From contig NC_068996.1 in assembly GCF_001194135.2 (NCBI RefSeq), positions 52,274,799 to 52,338,798 of the forward strand: 64,000 bases of DNA. Direction: 5' to 3'. Both the position numbers and the translations under genes were made by a program. Position 1 is the stretch's first letter. Every line of letters starts with the position of its first letter. A model generated the notes under the pieces. That model saw only the letters and a program-made list of their open reading frames with translations, did no database searches and was not told the DNA's origin. Positions 59,959-64,000 of this stretch are shown one piece after another. This stretch comes from Octopus bimaculoides. Its lineage: Eukaryota.

Positions 59959-60404
59959 TATCATTATCATCATCGCTTAACATCGGTGTGTGTAGTTATT
60001 TATTCATTGATTGATTTAGATAAAATAATTGACTCAGAATGTGAAATTAGTGAGGAAAAAATCGCCTGATTGTTTAGCTACTTGACTCTGGGTGATAAGC
60101 TTCCGAGTACAGTTTGTTTTGTTGGTAGTTCAGCTCACATAATGAGATTGGCAGCTTACAACTGGGAGGTAACTTCAGCAAAGTGCGAGGGATTACTCTC
60201 CCTTTGTTCTACTTCAAGATCCTAATAATTAAAATATCAGGAAAATTTTCTTTCTCATACGAAATTTTCAATGAAGCAATTATATTGTTTACGCAAGCAA
60301 ATATGAAATCTTCAAAATGTGTTGATACCTCCTTTGTTTGTAAACCACACGCATACACACACATATAAAATATATATTTATATACATACATACATATCTT
60401 TTAC

Positions 60405-60580
60405 ATCTTTCAGTCATTTGACTGCAGCCATGCTGAGGCGCCGCCTTGGAGGGTTTTTGAACAAATCGATTCCAAGACTTATTTTATCAATATCTTTTGC
60501 TGAACTGCTAAGTTACGGGCACATAAACACACCAGCACCGGTTTTCAAGTAGCGATGGTGGGGACAAACAAAGACACACA
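60405..60580 (-). mobile_element. SINE family A tail fragment
   Basis: Reverse complement of the family A tail. Confidence 0.75.
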
Positions 60581-60582
60581 CA

Positions 60583-62780
60583 GTGTGCCGGAGAGAATCA
60601 TGATGCCATAAGAGAGAAATGTGTCTGCATGGATGATGGCTCACTTGTATTTAGTGATGCTGCAAAGAGAGAGACTTGGAGATGCCATTATGAAAGGTTG
60701 CTAAATGAAGAGAATGAATGGGAGAAAGAGAATCTGCCAAATATTGACCCAACAGAAGGACCAGCTATTCGAATTGACAGTACCTTAGAAGATAAAGCAA
60801 GGGAAAGGCCCCAGCCTATCAAGAATAACTGCAGAGATGCTTAAAATATCTGGTAGTGTAGGCCAGTGCTACTCAAAGTGGTGGTCCGCAGGCCAGTGCT
60901 ACTCATAGTGGTGGTCCACAGACCAGTGCTGGTCCGTGAGCCATCAGCTGCCGGTATGTGGCAAGTTTCCAGAAAAGAAAGAAACATTATGAAATGCTTA
61001 TGTAATATTGTATTATTTGTATACAATGTAAATATACGATAAAAAAAATTGTCAACTTTTGTTATATTCATTATATATATTATTTTTGGTATAAATTAAT
61101 ATTACTAAGAAATATTACCGGTCCGACACATAGGAAAAAAAAATTCCGGTACATCACAACTGATAGTTTCAGAAGCACTGGTGTAGGCTATAGTCTAATC
61201 ATCTGTATAGTCAACCAGGTGATACATAGAGTCATACCCAATGACTGGTGTAGCAGCACCATAGTCAACTGCTACAAAAGTAAAGGTGACACATTAGATA
61301 GGAATAATTACAGAGGTATCAAATTGTTAGATCAAATGATGAAAGTTACAGAGAGGGTCATAGCCCAATTAATTAGGGAGAGAGTCAGTTTAGATGAGAT
61401 GCAGATTGGATTCATGCCAGTGAAAAGCACCACTGATGCTATATTTCTGGTAAGACAGCTACAGAAGAAATTTCTTGCCAAAGATAAACCTCTGCACTTG
61501 GCTTTCATTGACATAGAGAAAGCCTTTGACAGAGTCCCCTGATCCCTCATCTGGTGGTCAATGTAGAAACTAGGGATAGATGAGTGGTTAGTGAGAGCTG
61601 TGCGAGCCATGTACAGGGATGCCGTCAGTAAGGTCAGGGTTGGCAACGAGTATAGTATACTGGGTAGAAGTAGGGGTCCACCAAGGTTCAGTCCTCAGCC
61701 CCCTCTTATTCATAGTTTGCCAGGCAATAACAGAGGAATTTAAGTCAGGCTGCCCCTGGGAGCTCCTCTATGCTGATGACCTTGCTCTAATAGCCGAGTC
61801 ACTACCAGAATTAGAGAAGTTTCAGGTGTGGAAGCAAGGTCTAGAATCAAAGGGCCTTAGAGTCAATCTAGTAAAAATCAAAGTCTTAGTAAGTAGGAAG
61901 GCAGATGAATCACAAATCCCTTCAGGTAGGTGGTCCTGCTCAATCAACAGAAAAGGTTCAGGTAGAAACTCCATAAGATGTACCCAGAGTAAGCTATGGA
62001 CAGATAAGAGGTACAGCAATATCAGAGGAAGGTTAACAGGAATGATAGTTTTTGTGTGTGGCAGATGCACAGGGGCAATAAACACTGAAGATGTACAGAA
62101 AACAGATTCCATCACATGACAGGAGGGAAAAATAGAAGTAGCTGATAGCTTCCGTTACCTAGGTGACCAAGGCAATAGTGGGGATGAATGCCCTGAGAGT
62201 TTAGCTGCTAGAATAAGAATATCCTGGGCAATGTTCAGAGAGTTCCTACCTCTGCTAGTAACAAATGCCCCTCACTCAGAGTGAAAGATAGACTGTATGA
62301 TGCATGTGTGCGAACAGCTGTACTACACAGCATTGAAACATGGGCTGTGTTTGCTGAGGACATGCATAGGCTTGAATGAAATTAAGCTAGTATGCTCCAC
62401 TAGATATGCAATGTCAGTGTGCATACATGACAGAGTGTAAACGCCCTGAGAGAAAAGTTGGACATAAGATGCATCAGATGTGGTACACAAGAGAGACGAC
62501 TGTTCTGGCATGGTCCTGTGTTGCATATGGATGAAGATAGCTGTGTGAGGAAGTGTCACATCCTAACAGTGGAAGGAACCTGTGGAAGAGATAGACCCAA
62601 GAAGACAAGGGATTTGGTGGTGAAACACGACCTTCAAACGGGCCTCATACAGGCAATGACAAGCAACCTAGACCTTTGGAAATATGCTGTGCTTGAGAAG
62701 ACCCAGGAAGCCAAGTGAGATCGTAGCCATGGCCAATGCCAGTGTCACATAACCAGCCCATTTTAAAATTACCCTTCTAT
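60583..62780 (+). mobile_element. RTE-clade LINE, RT to C-terminus, with stops and frameshifts
   Basis: NYRGIKLLDQ..STTDAIFLVRQLQ..DIEKAFDRVP; HQGSVLSPLLF..LLYADD; zinc-finger-like WSCSINRKG..SIRC. Confidence 0.95.
60864..61180. mobile_element. hAT (Charlie-like) MITE, 317 bp, inserted in the RTE
   Basis: TIRs CAGTGCT / AGCACTG with a perfect 8-bp TSD GTGTAGGC; 30-bp tandem duplication at the left end. Confidence 0.9.
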
Positions 62781-62988
62781 CGTCAGGCAATATGCTAAGC
62801 TTGAAAAGACTTGTGCCTCAGTCGGAAACTTTCTAGATGCAATCCCATGGTCACTCATGACCGAAGAGGGTCTTCGCCCTTTACCCTTTACCTCAATAAG
62901 GATTTCTCTTATAACCACTTTTGATGCTGAGGCACTGACCTTGGTGGAAGAAGTTGGAGTTTAAGTTCACATTCATTTAGCTGCAGTT

Positions 62989-63860
62989 TATGAGGGTTGG
63001 CTGAAAAGTTTATTGACTGACCAAGATTGTCACATGGAATGTGAAATTTATTTTCCAACGTAGACCTCTTTGCAGTCGACACACTTCTTCCATCGGTGTT
63101 GCAGTGTTTGGATCCCACAGGTGAAGAAGCATTCCTCCTGTTGCTCAAAAAAAGTCAGCAACAGCATATATAACATCATCACCACTGCGATACTGGTTCC
63201 CAACGGTTTTTTCATGTTGGGTAACAGATGATAGTCAGATGGGGACAAATCAGGAGAATAGAGAACTGGTCGATCAACCAGTTGAAAGCCACACTCATGC
63301 ACAGCAGCCATTAAAGCCATAGATTTTTGCGCTGAATCATTGCCCTGATGAAACACGACTCCTTTTGTTAGTTTTCCTGGACGTTTTGTCTTGAGAGCCT
63401 TTCGCAACTGCCTCAGCATGTTGGCATAGTACTCTCCATTGATTGTGTGGTCCCTTTGAAGATAGCCAATAAACACAATGCCCTTTACATTCCAAAAACC
63501 TGAAGTCATTACCCTCACTGCAAAGGAAACAACCTTGGCCTTCTCAGGATCAGGTGAGGAGGGTGTTTTTCCTGAATGGATTGTCTCTTTGTCTCTGACT
63601 TAAAGTGATGAAGCTAACATCTGTCCTGGGTTAGGAAAAATTCAAGGAAACCAGCTGGATCTGCTTCAAACAGTGTCAGATTTTCCTGTGACGGAATCAG
63701 CCTGGTGCGCTTTTGATCAGATGTCAGAAGACATGGCACCAATTGAGCAGAAACATTCATCATGCCAAGTTCATTGTGCAGAATATTATCAACTCTCTCA
63801 TGGGATTAGCATTATCTACTTGATTTATAGTCAGTTGCCTGTAGATGCCAATTAAAACGG
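62989..63860 (-). mobile_element. mariner transposase pseudogene (Himar/Hsmar2-like)
   Basis: LVPCLLT (WVPRLL motif), ORF 63048-63518 with YSPDLSPSDYHL, C-terminal QHRWKKCVDCKEVYVGK; TIR TGAGGGTTGGCTGAAAAGTTT beside TA. Confidence 0.9.
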
Positions 63861-64000
63861 AATTTGTTGTGAAATATTTTTCTGGGGGTGAGGAAAGAGA
63901 GGAGTTTTGGAAAATTCACATGAACTGTCAGTTCCCTAATTACTTCCAGAAAAATATCATTCAGATGGTGTAAATTATGATTATATCTAAATTTAATGTG

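Overview
AT-rich, repeat-saturated eukaryotic scaffold with 13 N-gaps. The SINE and RTE families look like those of Octopus (inference from repeat recognition, not a database search). No complete protein-coding gene can be read. Most of the window is decayed mobile DNA: many RTE-clade LINE fragments, several tRNA-headed SINE families, R4/Dong-type and CR1/L2-type remnants, three mariner remnants, Tc1/mariner, hAT and piggyBac-like MITEs, and Helitron pieces. The best signals are: (1) four unrelated families of minimal type-I hammerhead ribozyme motifs typical of Penelope-like element pseudo-LTRs, including a 412-bp palindrome with two opposed hammerheads; (2) a Penelope element whose pseudo-LTR is a tRNA-like head + (AAT)n + hammerhead; (3) a 1.7-kb TSD-bounded element encoding only an L1/Tx1-like ORF1 (HAL1-like) that shares its 3' tail with a SINE; (4) a composite Helitron ending in a 91-bp mini-Helitron. 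A few splice-site-bounded open segments and an ETS/GC-box-rich stretch near 54.7-55.3 kb suggest the window lies in introns of an unidentified gene, but these exon calls are low confidence. Coordinates of decayed repeats are approximate.
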